In this document: piece by piece, positions 19,651 through 29,946 of the stretch | How positions within the stretch are numbered: the first letter of the stretch is position 1 | Layout: every line of letters begins with the position of its first letter | Origin: Bacillales bacterium UBA7642 | GTDB taxonomy: Bacteria; Bacillota_I; Bacilli_A; RFN20; CAG-288 | Direction of reading: 5' to 3' | DNA: 58,715 bases | Assembly: GCA_002483745.1 (NCBI GenBank) | Contig: DLIM01000006.1 | Coordinates: 18,193 to 76,907 of the forward strand | The notes under the pieces: generated by a model | The model's database searches: none | Told to the model about the DNA's origin: nothing | Seen by the model: only the letters and a program-made list of their open reading frames with translations | Position numbers and translations under genes: made by a program

Positions 19651-22599
19651 ATGGAAAACAATAATAAAAAAGATAAACCGGAATCGTTAAAGGATTGGCT
19701 TGTAATCTCTCTAGGCTTTATCCTTGTGCTTTTAGCTGTGATTGGTGGGACAGGGAAGACTTTTATTGGCGAATTTTTTACTTATAGCAGTGCCTATCTC
19801 TTTGGTGTCCTCTATCCGTTAGTTTTTGTCTTTATGGTTATTTTAGGAATCCGCCTGATTTATTCTAAGAAAGCTTTTCCTGTTAAAGGCTATGGCCTTT
19901 TCTGGGTTGGCTTATTTTTGATTCTTCTGAATGTCTTAGCTTTTGGCTCTTACCCCTTTATTTTGGAAGATAAGACTTTGAATTTCACACAGCTCAATGA
20001 TTTCTATTCTGATCGGGTCTTAGCTTTTGCTAGATACCCCTTCAATATTGATAACTATCAGTCCCTATCAGGATTAGGAGGCGGCTATATTGGAACCCTT
20101 TTAGTTACTCTCTTTGGCTCAATGTGGGGTTATATCGGAGATGCAGTTTTCTTCTCCATCATGCTTCTTCTAGGATTATTCTTTGTTTGCTTCAAGCCGG
20201 CTAAGAATGCCATTATTGAAGCCAAAGTTGAAAAGAATCAGAAAGTCGGCTATTCCTCGCCTTATCAGAAGAAGAACGGCAAGAGAATAAATAACGGCAA
20301 TCAGGATGATGAGATTCCTACCCCAATCAAAAGAGATCCTTCTTTAACCGATCCTTTTCCCACTGACTGGAGCAAGGACTATGCTGTCAGCGACAAAGAC
20401 AAAACCAAAGCCCTCTCTCCCGAAGAAGAACAGTTAGCTAAAAGAAACAGTGAATCTCAAGGTGGCTTTTCCAGCACCATGACGTTCTCAGCAGTTCCTG
20501 AAGCCCGTGATAGACCCTTAGTTGATCAAGACAATGAAAGAAAAATCACCAATTACTCTAGCCAGCCGGAAGAAAAGAAACCGGCTGACCCAATAGTTTC
20601 AATTCCTACAGTAGTAGCAACTAAGCCAACTATTGCTCCCGCTTTTACTCCCGCTTCTAATAGCTCTTCCTCTAATCAGCAACCTGATACGCCTTATCAA
20701 AGAAAAACTATTTCCACTCCCTTAAATGAAGAAGAGGAAAACTTCGATAATCTTTCTGAAGAAGATGACCTTAAGGCTAGCGACCTAGCTAAAGCCTTTA
20801 AGAACAATTCTCAGGCTAAAGATTCTTCGACTTTTGAAGTTGAAAAGCCTGACCCGGCCATTAACTATGAAAAAGAACAGGCTACTGTAGCCTCTCAGCC
20901 TTATGTCAACCCTTTAAAGAGACAGGCTGAGGAAGTCAGCTCTTCACCATTCAGAGAAACTAAGCCTCAGGAATTCAGCGTTGAATCAGAACAGAAAGAA
21001 GCAGAAAAGCCTACTGCTCCTGTTGAGACTGAAGAAGAAAAGGAAGCTCGTCTTGAACAGGAATACTTCATTCAGAAACAAAAGAACGAACAAGCAGAGA
21101 TTTTAAAGAAAGAGCAAGCCGAAAAGAAACGTCTTGATTCGATGATGAAGTATGTCACTGATAAACCTAAAAATTATACCTATAAATTGCCTGATGATTC
21201 TTTGTTGAATGATATTGATGATTCTGATAAATTGGCAGTCAATTCCGAATCGGCCCAGGAAAAAGCCAAGACTATCAACAAGGTCTTCGATGACTTTGGC
21301 GTTGGCGCCAAAGCTATCTCCTTTACTATTGGAGCCTCTGTTACTAGATTCAATATTCAGACTGACCCAGGAGTGAAAAGCGAAAAGATCACTTCTTTAG
21401 TCAATGAATTCCAGCGTGCCTTGGGCGGAGATAAATCAGTCCGTATTGAAACTGTTGTTGAAGGTAAGACAACTTCAGGAATCGAAGTCGGAAACGCCGC
21501 TCCTATGGCTGTTCCTTTTAAAGAAGCCTTTAGAGTCATAGAACAGAATTCTAACGATAATCTTCTCTTGCCGATAGGCAAAGATATTTCGGGTAAGATT
21601 GTTACCTTCCCGCTAAATGATATGCCTCACCTTTTGGTCGCCGGTACGACCGGTTCTGGCAAATCCGTTTTGGTCAATTGCATGATCATGACTTTGATCA
21701 TGAGAAATTATCCTAGCCAGCTTAAATTGATGCTGATTGATCCTAAGCAGGTTGAATTTGCTAAATATGCGATGGAACCTCATCTTTTCTGCCCGGTTAT
21801 TTCTGATAGCGGAGCCGCTATTAATGGTCTAAAGAAACTCTGCGATGAAATGGACCGCCGTTATACGGTCTTGAAGAATTGGTCTTGTGTAAAAATCAGT
21901 GAATACCGAAGCAAACGTGTAGGCAGAGAAGATCAGATGGAAGAACTACCTGATATTGTCTGCGTCATTGATGAATTTGCGGAATTGATGCAGACTTCCG
22001 AAGATGAGGTGGCAAGCTATGTCCAACGTCTGACTCAGAAAGCCAGAGCTGCCGGAATCTATTTGATTATTGCTACTCAACGTCCTGATAAGCATGTTAT
22101 TCCGATGGTCATTAAAGCTAACATTGTGTGCCGTATCGGTCTATCCTGCTCTTCTCAGGTCGATAGCCGAGTTATCTTGGATGAAAATGGCACAGAGACT
22201 TTATTAGGCAAAGGTGATTTGCTCTTTAAGTGCCCTGGCAAAAAGGCTTTGATTAGAGCCCAGTCGCCTTTCATTTCTAATCTGGATATGGATAAGGTTC
22301 TTGATTACGTGAAGAAGAATGCCGGCAATCCTTGCTATAACCCTGGCTTCTTGGATTTAGAAGTCAAGAGCGATGATCCTAGCAATGGCGAAGCTCCCAA
22401 TAGTGAAGACCTCTATCTTGAGATGAAAGAATTTGTTATGAAGACTGGCATTGTCTCTAAATCAAAACTGATGCGTAACTTCTCCTTGTCTTATTCGAAA
22501 GTCGATAGTTATTTGGTGAGACTGCTTCAAGATGGTATTATCATGCAGGTTCAGGGTGGCAAATATGCGGTGACGAAGAGATTGCCGATGGAGGATTAA
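19651..22599 (+). CDS. ftsK: DNA translocase FtsK/SpoIIIE
   Basis: N-terminal TM helices, a long P/Q/E-rich linker, and a C-terminal motor with Walker A GTTGSGKS, Walker B CVIDEFAEL and IIATQRP, plus a gamma-like winged helix. The start is uncertain. The ORF opens at GTG 19627, I use ATG 19651, and neither has a clear SD. Confidence 0.9.
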   Translation: MENNNKKDKPESLKDWLVISLGFILVLLAVIGGTGKTFIGEFFTYSSAYLFGVLYPLVFVFMVILGIRLIYSKKAFPVKGYGLFWVGLFLILLNVLAFGSYPFILEDKTLNFTQLNDFYSDRVLAFARYPFNIDNYQSLSGLGGGYIGTLLVTLFGSMWGYIGDAVFFSIMLLLGLFFVCFKPAKNAIIEAKVEKNQKVGYSSPYQKKNGKRINNGNQDDEIPTPIKRDPSLTDPFPTDWSKDYAVSDKDKTKALSPEEEQLAKRNSESQGGFSSTMTFSAVPEARDRPLVDQDNERKITNYSSQPEEKKPADPIVSIPTVVATKPTIAPAFTPASNSSSSNQQPDTPYQRKTISTPLNEEEENFDNLSEEDDLKASDLAKAFKNNSQAKDSSTFEVEKPDPAINYEKEQATVASQPYVNPLKRQAEEVSSSPFRETKPQEFSVESEQKEAEKPTAPVETEEEKEARLEQEYFIQKQKNEQAEILKKEQAEKKRLDSMMKYVTDKPKNYTYKLPDDSLLNDIDDSDKLAVNSESAQEKAKTINKVFDDFGVGAKAISFTIGASVTRFNIQTDPGVKSEKITSLVNEFQRALGGDKSVRIETVVEGKTTSGIEVGNAAPMAVPFKEAFRVIEQNSNDNLLLPIGKDISGKIVTFPLNDMPHLLVAGTTGSGKSVLVNCMIMTLIMRNYPSQLKLMLIDPKQVEFAKYAMEPHLFCPVISDSGAAINGLKKLCDEMDRRYTVLKNWSCVKISEYRSKRVGREDQMEELPDIVCVIDEFAELMQTSEDEVASYVQRLTQKARAAGIYLIIATQRPDKHVIPMVIKANIVCRIGLSCSSQVDSRVILDENGTETLLGKGDLLFKCPGKKALIRAQSPFISNLDMDKVLDYVKKNAGNPCYNPGFLDLEVKSDDPSNGEAPNSEDLYLEMKEFVMKTGIVSKSKLMRNFSLSYSKVDSYLVRLLQDGIIMQVQGGKYAVTKRLPMED

Positions 22600-22602
22600 C
22601 CA

Positions 22603-23757
22603 ATGTCTCAGATTGAAAATTATTTGTATACTTCCGACTATGGCCAAAGAATAATTGTTAGAAGAGTCTTTCTTAAATCCAGTGATGTCGTTTTTGAGAA
22701 TCTTTATCTTTTAGCTGAGCTTCTTAATATGGCTCCTTGCTACACTGATAAAAAATTATTAAGCGAATATGCCGATGGTAAAGCCACTTTTAAAGCTTAT
22801 TGCTATGGCGGAGGTTATGTTTTTGAAGGAAGGTTATGCCAGACTCAAAACAAGAACCTTTTCTTCTTTAACAACCCTTATAAGAAAGGCATTTCTATTT
22901 TCAATGATATCTTCGAGCTAGGCTTTAAGACTGATGAAAAAGGTTTCCTTGCCGCTAAAGAAAGGGCCTTAGCTAATTACCTCTTAGTAAAGAAGGATCC
23001 TTCAAAGAACCTTGAAGGAAGAATGGAAATCAATTATGCCATTCCGAATATTGATGAAAAGCTTTTCAATGAAGTCACCTATGATGATGAAAAGCTACTT
23101 TTGAAAGCTATTAAGAGCAGTACTGTCGGTGAATATCTTTTCTTAGGGGAGAAGAGCAAGAAAGATCCTTTGGCTTTGCTTCCTAAGTATCAGGATGATT
23201 TCTCTTCTTTGACCTCTTCTTATTTACCTTCGTCAAAATCTTTTTCATCCGCTGATTTTAGTTCTGAGGCTTTGACTTACTTATTCAAAATCAAGGAAAT
23301 AAAGACTAGCCATGATATTGAAGTCCTGAAAGTCAGCTCTGATATTCTCTTTAAGGCTATCAGCTTGAGCTTTATGAAGTCTTTGAGCACTAAGACTAGT
23401 TATAGTATGCATGTCGTCAATAAAGAGACAATGGCTCTTGAGATTGTTGCTGAAGGCAGCCGTCTATCTGAAAACCAGTCTTATTTTCTCAATGATTTAG
23501 AGAAAACTATCAATACTAATAATGCTGACTTGATCTCTTCTTCCTTGAATGATTATGCTCTTTCACAAGTTGAACTTACCATTCATAGCTCTAAGGCTAT
23601 TGAAAAAGCTTTGCTATTACAGGATTTAGGAATCTCTTTTGAGAGTTTCTTTAAGGAACCGGATGTTAAAGCTGAAGAAGTTAAAGAGAGCCTTGCTGAC
23701 TTTAAGGAAATAAATAAGCTTACTGCCACTATCCTAAGAGGAAAAACCAATGATTAA
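22603..23757 (+). CDS. M16 (pitrilysin)-like protein, YmfF-like, apparently non-catalytic
   Basis: The position directly after ftsK and before a second M16-like gene mirrors the Firmicutes ymfF/ymfH pair. No HxxEH motif is present. The assignment rests mostly on context and size. Confidence 0.45.
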   Translation: MSQIENYLYTSDYGQRIIVRRVFLKSSDVVFENLYLLAELLNMAPCYTDKKLLSEYADGKATFKAYCYGGGYVFEGRLCQTQNKNLFFFNNPYKKGISIFNDIFELGFKTDEKGFLAAKERALANYLLVKKDPSKNLEGRMEINYAIPNIDEKLFNEVTYDDEKLLLKAIKSSTVGEYLFLGEKSKKDPLALLPKYQDDFSSLTSSYLPSSKSFSSADFSSEALTYLFKIKEIKTSHDIEVLKVSSDILFKAISLSFMKSLSTKTSYSMHVVNKETMALEIVAEGSRLSENQSYFLNDLEKTINTNNADLISSSLNDYALSQVELTIHSSKAIEKALLLQDLGISFESFFKEPDVKAEEVKESLADFKEINKLTATILRGKTND

Positions 23758-24997
23758 AAATGATTTAGGACATCTTAACTGTCCCTTCTATGAGCAAAAG
23801 CTAGAGAATGGCTTAAATGTTATTTTTGTACCCAGAAAAAGCGAATTGAAGAGCGGTGTTATTTATATTGCTCAAGGCGGTTATCCTCACGATGAGGAAA
23901 TCAACTCTTCTAAGATTCCTTTTGGCTCCGCTTATTTCTTAGAGAAGATGATCATGTCTTATAAGACTAAGAATGAATTGAAAGCAATGAAGACTAACGG
24001 CACTAGCCATATTGATTTCTCCTATACTTGCTTCAATGTTGATACTCTTGGTGATGTCTTTTCAGCTATTCAATTAGTCTTAAATAAAATCTGCACTCTT
24101 GATTTTAATGAGGATGATGTGGAAAAATTCAAGCAGGACAATGCTTCCTTTTTCCAAAAGCAATCCGACGATCCTTTAATACAGACTAAGAAGGCCTGCC
24201 TTAATAATCTTTATTTCAATTCACCGATTAGGAATGGCTTCTTACCTACTAAGGAACAGTCAGTTTTCATCCATGCCTCTTCTTTAAAGAAACTTCTTAC
24301 TAAGTATTATGCTTCTAATAATATGACCATAATGATCTCTGGTGATTTCACTCCTGGTGAAGTCATTGCTAAGATCAAAGAGATGAAGGTCCCTGGGAAA
24401 ACCACCACCTATAGTAAAGCCGTTTCCTATCAGGAAGATTATTCTAAGGTCAATCATTACAATAAGACACTTCATCTTCCCTACAATTACAATGTCATGA
24501 ACTTAGGCTTTAAGTTTCCGGAAAGAAAGAAGCTTTATGACGACTATGGCATCATGATGTTTGAATCCTACGAGATTATCTCTAAGGTTCTCTTTACCGA
24601 AAACCTCAATTTCCTTAAAGGACTTCATGATATCAAATGCGATTTATTAGGGGTCTCCTTATCACAAGGCGGTGAAGATACCTATCTACTGCTTACGATG
24701 AAGTCTGATGACAAAAACACTTTAGGCAATTATCTGACTGATTATTGCAGCCGTTTAGACAAAAGATTCACGCATGCCGACTATCAAAGAGTAGTGAATA
24801 GCTATTACTATAAAGCTATCCGTGATTTGGCCTGCCCCAGAACGGCTTTAGATGATTTCACTGTTGCTTATGCCAACAATCTGCCTTTTACCGGCTTAGT
24901 TGGTTCTACTACTAAGATGCGCTTTGCTAATTTTAAAAACTTTGTGGCTTTAATATCTACTTATCCTAAAGCCACCTCTGTATTAGAAAAAATATGA
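23750..24997 (+). CDS. M16 (pitrilysin)-like protein, YmfH-like, with a degenerate zinc motif
   Basis: N-terminal pattern LENGLNVIFVPRK ... GSAYFLEKM matches the M16 N-domain, where GxAHFLEH is expected. It is 415 aa and overlaps the upstream gene by 8 nt. Confidence 0.6.
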   Translation: MIKNDLGHLNCPFYEQKLENGLNVIFVPRKSELKSGVIYIAQGGYPHDEEINSSKIPFGSAYFLEKMIMSYKTKNELKAMKTNGTSHIDFSYTCFNVDTLGDVFSAIQLVLNKICTLDFNEDDVEKFKQDNASFFQKQSDDPLIQTKKACLNNLYFNSPIRNGFLPTKEQSVFIHASSLKKLLTKYYASNNMTIMISGDFTPGEVIAKIKEMKVPGKTTTYSKAVSYQEDYSKVNHYNKTLHLPYNYNVMNLGFKFPERKKLYDDYGIMMFESYEIISKVLFTENLNFLKGLHDIKCDLLGVSLSQGGEDTYLLLTMKSDDKNTLGNYLTDYCSRLDKRFTHADYQRVVNSYYYKAIRDLACPRTALDDFTVAYANNLPFTGLVGSTTKMRFANFKNFVALISTYPKATSVLEKI

Positions 24998-25329
24998 AGA
25001 TAACTGGAGTAGGCATTGATTTAGCATTAGTATCACGCTTTAAAGATAAAGCTGATCTAGCTAAAAGGATTCTTTCACCTAATGAGTTTTCTCTTTATGA
25101 GAAAAGCCACTCTCCTGATGCTTACTTAGCTAGCCGTTTTGCTGTTAAGGAAAGCTATGTCAAAGCTTCTAATGATAAGACTATCGATTATCGGGCTATC
25201 GAAGTCCAAGATGATTCTACTGGCAAGCCTCATTTGTTGATTGATGGCAAAGAAATCAACGCCTTTATCTCTATTACTCATGAAGAAGAGGCTGGGGCGA
25301 TTGTGATATTATATGAGATGGAAAAATAG
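24994..25329 (+). CDS. acpS: Holo-[acyl-carrier-protein] synthase
   Basis: ITGVGIDLALVSRF N-terminus, FAVKESYVKA and ISITHEE motifs. It is 111 aa with an ATGA overlap with the upstream gene. Confidence 0.85.
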   Translation: MKITGVGIDLALVSRFKDKADLAKRILSPNEFSLYEKSHSPDAYLASRFAVKESYVKASNDKTIDYRAIEVQDDSTGKPHLLIDGKEINAFISITHEEEAGAIVILYEMEK

Positions 25330-25343
25330 AAAGATAAACCACC

Positions 25344-27497
25344 ATGGAAAAAGCATTAATTCAGGCCACCGCTAAAAGTAATAATGTCATCGAAGTCTAT
25401 GTCAGCAAAGATTTTTGCTTTTCCGAATTGAAGGTTTTCCGTCTTTACGAGAATGGTAAATTAGTTCAGAAGATTAAGCCTGTCAGCATGTCGGAATCAA
25501 CTTCTAGTTATATCTATACTCTCTTACTTAAAGAGTACCAATATACTCCGGGATTTACTTATGAGCTTGCTACTGAGCATAACTATTTTGTTTCTATCGA
25601 TATTTCTTTTATTGCTACCACTAAGGAATTCGAAGAGAAGTACCGCTATGATGGAAAACTTGGTGCTATCTATTCCAAAAACTCCACTGTCTTCAGAGTT
25701 TTCTCCCCTTTTGCTACTCAAATAGTCCTTAATCTTATCAGGAAGGATTCTCATGAGATTGAATGCTTCAATATGAATCATAATCTCAAGAATGGTATCT
25801 ATGAGACCACTATTCCTGGCGATTTAGATGAAGCTAGCTATACCTTTTCAGCGACTGTCTTTGGCAACACCAAGGAAGTCGTGGATCCTTATGCCTATGG
25901 TCTTAACAGCAATTCCCGAAAAGGCTTTGTTATCAATCCGGATAGAGTCAAAGAAATAAAAACTAATTCGGATCAGCTTCCGGAATTCAAAGACTATCAG
26001 AAAGCTGTCATCTATGAATGCGATGTCAGAGATATGACAAGCCTTACTTCAGTCCCTGACAAAGGAACTTATAAGGCCTTAAGCCAAGAAGGGCTTAAAG
26101 AAAAGAATATTCCAGTCGGATTAGACTATTTAGCATCTTTAGGAGTCAGTCATATTCAGCTTCAGCCAATCTTGGATTTCCAGACCATTGATGATGATCA
26201 TCCTTTTGATTCTTATAACTGGGGTTATGACCCTTCTTTCTTCTTTGCTCCTGAAGGCAGCTATTCCCTTAATCCTAATGATCCTTATAGCCGAGTAGTC
26301 GAATTAAGAAATTTAATTGCCTCTTTCCATGCTAAAGGCCTAAGAGTCAACATCGATGTTGTCTATAACCATGTCTTTTCCGCTGATTTCAATTCTTTAG
26401 CTATCTTAGTGCCTCAGTATTATTTCCGTCTCAACGGCGATAAGACTTTATCTAATGGCTCTGGCTGCGGCAACGATTTTGAATCCTGCCACTATATGGC
26501 AAGGAAACTCATCATTGATTCTTTGCTCCATCTGCTTGATTTCTATGATGTGGATGGCTTCAGATTCGATTTAATGGGTATTATTGATACTGATACATTG
26601 AAATTGGCTTTTGATGAAGTCAAGAAAGTCAAAGCTGACATCATGTTCTATGGCGAAGGCTGGGATTTATGGACTAATCTTCCGGCTGATAAGAAAGGCA
26701 GCTATTTCAATGCCGATAAGATGCCTTATTGTGCTTTCTTTAATGACCGTTTCCGCGATGTAGTCAAAGGTAAGAGCAACGCTTCGGAATTGCTCGTTAA
26801 AGGCTATCTCTCTGGTGATACTAACTATCTGGATGGTTTCAAGCATGTCCTGTTAGGATCTTCGGTAGCTTTAGCCTTTGCTCCTTTATTTAAGTCTCCG
26901 ACTCAGTCGGTCAATTACGTTGAATGCCATGATAACAACACTCTTTACGATAAGCTTCTAGCCTGCTGCCCCGAAGATAAGCCCGATGAGATCCTAAAGA
27001 GAATCAAGATGTGCAATATGGCTGTGCTTTTAGCTTGCGGTATTCCTTTCTTCCATGAAGGACAGGAAATCGGCCATTCTAAAGGCGGTATTGCTAATTC
27101 CTATAATTCATCCGATAAAGTCAACGGCTTTGATTATTCCTTGGTTGAGAAAAGAAAGAGCCTTTATGAGTTCTTTAAGGATGCTGTTGAATTCACAAAG
27201 CGCTTCTATACGCTAGCAAATGGCGAATTTGATACCTTGAGCACTCATATCACTTTCGATAATCTCCCAGAAGGGGCCGTGAAGATCAATTATAATTTCA
27301 CAGACTTTACTGTCTTTGTGATTTTTAATCCCAGCAAGAAGTCTTTTGTCTACTCTTTTAACGATTATGTCAACTTAGTCTTCAATGAATCAGGCAATGT
27401 AGAAAAGAGCGACTTCTATATCCGAATGGCTATCATCAATGCTCTATCTGTCAATATCTTCACAGCCAGGAAAGGAAAAGATAGTAAAAAGCAATGA
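25344..27497 (+). CDS. pulA: Type I pullulanase / glycogen-debranching enzyme (GH13), cytoplasmic
   Basis: YNWGYDP, GFRFDLMG, YGEGWD and VECHDN conserved GH13 regions, preceded by a CBM48-like segment. There is no signal peptide. Confidence 0.85.
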   Translation: MEKALIQATAKSNNVIEVYVSKDFCFSELKVFRLYENGKLVQKIKPVSMSESTSSYIYTLLLKEYQYTPGFTYELATEHNYFVSIDISFIATTKEFEEKYRYDGKLGAIYSKNSTVFRVFSPFATQIVLNLIRKDSHEIECFNMNHNLKNGIYETTIPGDLDEASYTFSATVFGNTKEVVDPYAYGLNSNSRKGFVINPDRVKEIKTNSDQLPEFKDYQKAVIYECDVRDMTSLTSVPDKGTYKALSQEGLKEKNIPVGLDYLASLGVSHIQLQPILDFQTIDDDHPFDSYNWGYDPSFFFAPEGSYSLNPNDPYSRVVELRNLIASFHAKGLRVNIDVVYNHVFSADFNSLAILVPQYYFRLNGDKTLSNGSGCGNDFESCHYMARKLIIDSLLHLLDFYDVDGFRFDLMGIIDTDTLKLAFDEVKKVKADIMFYGEGWDLWTNLPADKKGSYFNADKMPYCAFFNDRFRDVVKGKSNASELLVKGYLSGDTNYLDGFKHVLLGSSVALAFAPLFKSPTQSVNYVECHDNNTLYDKLLACCPEDKPDEILKRIKMCNMAVLLACGIPFFHEGQEIGHSKGGIANSYNSSDKVNGFDYSLVEKRKSLYEFFKDAVEFTKRFYTLANGEFDTLSTHITFDNLPEGAVKINYNFTDFTVFVIFNPSKKSFVYSFNDYVNLVFNESGNVEKSDFYIRMAIINALSVNIFTARKGKDSKKQ

Positions 27498-28306
27498 AAT
27501 ATGTAAGATATGTTCTTACTGCCTTGCCAACTATCATTCATTACTACCCTTACTTAAATAAATGCAGCAAGAAACCGGAATATCAGACTATTACTGAACG
27601 TTTCAACAAAGCTCAGGAATTCCTTAGGACCGTCAATAGGAAGGCTTTCCATATTGTCTTCTATATTTCCGGTCAGGAAAAACTACCTAAAGGGCAAGTC
27701 ATCTTTACTCCTAACCACACTTCTAACGGTGATCCTATCACGATGCTCTGCACTGCTGATCGGCCGATTGCTTTTCTTTCCAAGAAGGAAGTTTTGAAGA
27801 TGCCTATCATCGGTAAAGCCAACAAGACCTTGAAAGGCAGCTTTATTGATAGAGCTGATTTAAGAAGCGAATTAGTAGCTTTCAAGCAGATTGATAAAGA
27901 ATTAGATGAATCTCCTGAACTTTCTTATGTGATTTTCCCTGAAGGGACGAGATCTTTAGGACCGGATTTTAAGTTAGGTCAATTCCATCCCGGCTCATTC
28001 AAAGTAGCATATAACAGGAATCTTCCAATCTGCCCAGTAGTTATGTATTTGACGGATAGAGTTCTAAATCCTCATTACCACTATAAGAAATATCCGATTC
28101 AGGTGAGATTCTTGGCTCCTCTTTATCCGGCTGACTATGAGGATATGACTACTAAGGATATTGCCAATCTTCTTTCTCAAAGAATGGCAATTGCCTTAGA
28201 GGAAATGAAGAAATCTGATCCTCTTCTAGTTAAGAATCTTAATGGCTATTCGGATAAGAAGATCAGTAAAGTTCTGATCTGCAAGAAAGACATTAAGAAA
28301 AGATAA
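27494..28306 (+). CDS. plsC: 1-acyl-sn-glycerol-3-phosphate acyltransferase
   Basis: NHTSNGDP (HX4D) and FPEGTRS motifs. It has an ATGA overlap with pulA. Confidence 0.8.
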   Translation: MKYVRYVLTALPTIIHYYPYLNKCSKKPEYQTITERFNKAQEFLRTVNRKAFHIVFYISGQEKLPKGQVIFTPNHTSNGDPITMLCTADRPIAFLSKKEVLKMPIIGKANKTLKGSFIDRADLRSELVAFKQIDKELDESPELSYVIFPEGTRSLGPDFKLGQFHPGSFKVAYNRNLPICPVVMYLTDRVLNPHYHYKKYPIQVRFLAPLYPADYEDMTTKDIANLLSQRMAIALEEMKKSDPLLVKNLNGYSDKKISKVLICKKDIKKR

Positions 28307-28308
28307 GC

Positions 28309-29946
28309 TTACTTGCTTTGCTTAATAAGGGCTTCATATAAGCCCTTTTTTAGATTCTCAATCAGCTTCATCTCGTCAATTTTGCCAATAGAAGTATAAG
28401 GGAAATCATTTAGGACAATAATCTTTTCCGGCAAGGAATATTTGATTAGGCAGTTTAAAAGATGATCCTTAATTTCTTTAGCTAAGGAAGAGGAATCCAA
28501 AGAAGATTCTTTCTTTACAAAAAGAGCAAAATAAGGATGATTATTGTCTTTGATGAAGATAGCTTTTGAAGCTAAGACGCCTTTAACTTCGTTGCTGTAT
28601 TTTTCAATATTGGAAGGGAAGACATTGTAACCGGCTATTTTATAGACATCCTGGCTGCGGTTTTCAAAGAAAAGAAAACCTTTTTCATCATAGTAGCCAA
28701 TATCTTCGGTGATGAGCCATTTGGTTTTGTCTTGATCATAGTAGAAAGGATTTCTTTCTTTCCCAGTGTTTAAATAGCCTAGGCAGACAGTAGGAGAAGA
28801 AATCATTATTTTCCCGTTCTTGTTAGGACCGATATCCTTAGAGTAATCATTGCTACTAGCTAGACGAAGCTTCACACCTAAAAGAGGTTTACCAACTGAG
28901 CCTATTTCATAGTCGCTGCTTCTATTTACGAAGTTAACGGCTACTGTCTCCGTGAGCCCGTATCCTTCCAGAAGCCGGTTAGAAGAGCCATAGTCCTTCA
29001 TTCTCCCATTGAATTCCTGGAAGAGTCTAGCTTCTGGCTTATCAGCACCGATATAGGTAGCATAAAGATTTCGAAGCTTCTTCCCTTTAAAGTGCCTGTC
29101 TTGAAGAAGCTTATCGCACATATAAGGAATAGTGATCAGAACATTAAGCTTTCCTTGCCTGATCTTTGAGCAGATTTCTTTACCGCTATATTTAATCATT
29201 AAGCAGGAAGCGGCATTATTCATTAAAGGAGCTACTACTCCCATAGATAAACCGAATCCATGAAAGAGAGGCAATAAGCCAATCATTGAGATACCTGGTA
29301 TTTTATGGTTGAGTATCCATTCTGACTGAGTACCAGGATACATGATATTGCTATCAGAGAGGATTACGGTTTTGCTTTTACCGGTTGTTCCTCCGCTTCT
29401 TAAGTAGACGGAAGGCTTGTTTGAATCGGTATTTAATGGAAAATCTTCTTTTTCTTCATTCAGTCTATAAAGATAGTTGCTCTTATTGATTGCTTTAAGT
29501 TGTTTACGGTAAAGGAATTTGAATCCTAATTTTTCTAAAGGATTTAAATCCGGATAGGCACTAAGAAAATAGACTTTGACTGATGAATCATTTAATAAAG
29601 ATTCATATTCTTGATAACGGACATCAAGAATAAGAAGAAAAGAAGCTTTTGTCTCAGAAAGAGAATCTTTTAAGCTATTAATTGGTATTAAGGGATGAAG
29701 AATTGCGACTAAGGCTCCGATTTTATTTAGGGCATATAAAGCTAGAATGGCTTCTGGCACGTTAGGAGCCAATAAAGAAACAACAGTATTGTTTCTTATT
29801 CCTAAAGAATAAAGCTTATTAGCTAAGCCATCTACTCTTTTAACTAAGGAGATATAATCTATTTTTTTGTTTCTAAAATAAAGAGCAGTATTGGTGCTAT
29901 CTTGAAATTTCTTAATAGATTGGTAAAGGGTCAAGCACTCAGCCAT
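28309..29946 (-). CDS. AMP-dependent synthetase/ligase (long-chain fatty acid--CoA ligase-like)
   Basis: AMP-binding motif LRSGGTTGKSKTV, then EGYGLTE and GKI(D) near the C-terminus. 545 aa. Confidence 0.75.
   Translation of the reverse strand: MAECLTLYQSIKKFQDSTNTALYFRNKKIDYISLVKRVDGLANKLYSLGIRNNTVVSLLAPNVPEAILALYALNKIGALVAILHPLIPINSLKDSLSETKASFLLILDVRYQEYESLLNDSSVKVYFLSAYPDLNPLEKLGFKFLYRKQLKAINKSNYLYRLNEEKEDFPLNTDSNKPSVYLRSGGTTGKSKTVILSDSNIMYPGTQSEWILNHKIPGISMIGLLPLFHGFGLSMGVVAPLMNNAASCLMIKYSGKEICSKIRQGKLNVLITIPYMCDKLLQDRHFKGKKLRNLYATYIGADKPEARLFQEFNGRMKDYGSSNRLLEGYGLTETVAVNFVNRSSDYEIGSVGKPLLGVKLRLASSNDYSKDIGPNKNGKIMISSPTVCLGYLNTGKERNPFYYDQDKTKWLITEDIGYYDEKGFLFFENRSQDVYKIAGYNVFPSNIEKYSNEVKGVLASKAIFIKDNNHPYFALFVKKESSLDSSSLAKEIKDHLLNCLIKYSLPEKIIVLNDFPYTSIGKIDEMKLIENLKKGLYEALIKQSK
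28327..28351 (+). terminator. Rho-independent terminator for pulA-plsC, embedded in the 3' end of the convergent acyl-CoA ligase CDS
   Basis: Stem aagggctt/aagccctt with a 5-nt loop, followed by TTTTT. The two convergent stop codons are only 2 nt apart. Confidence 0.55.
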
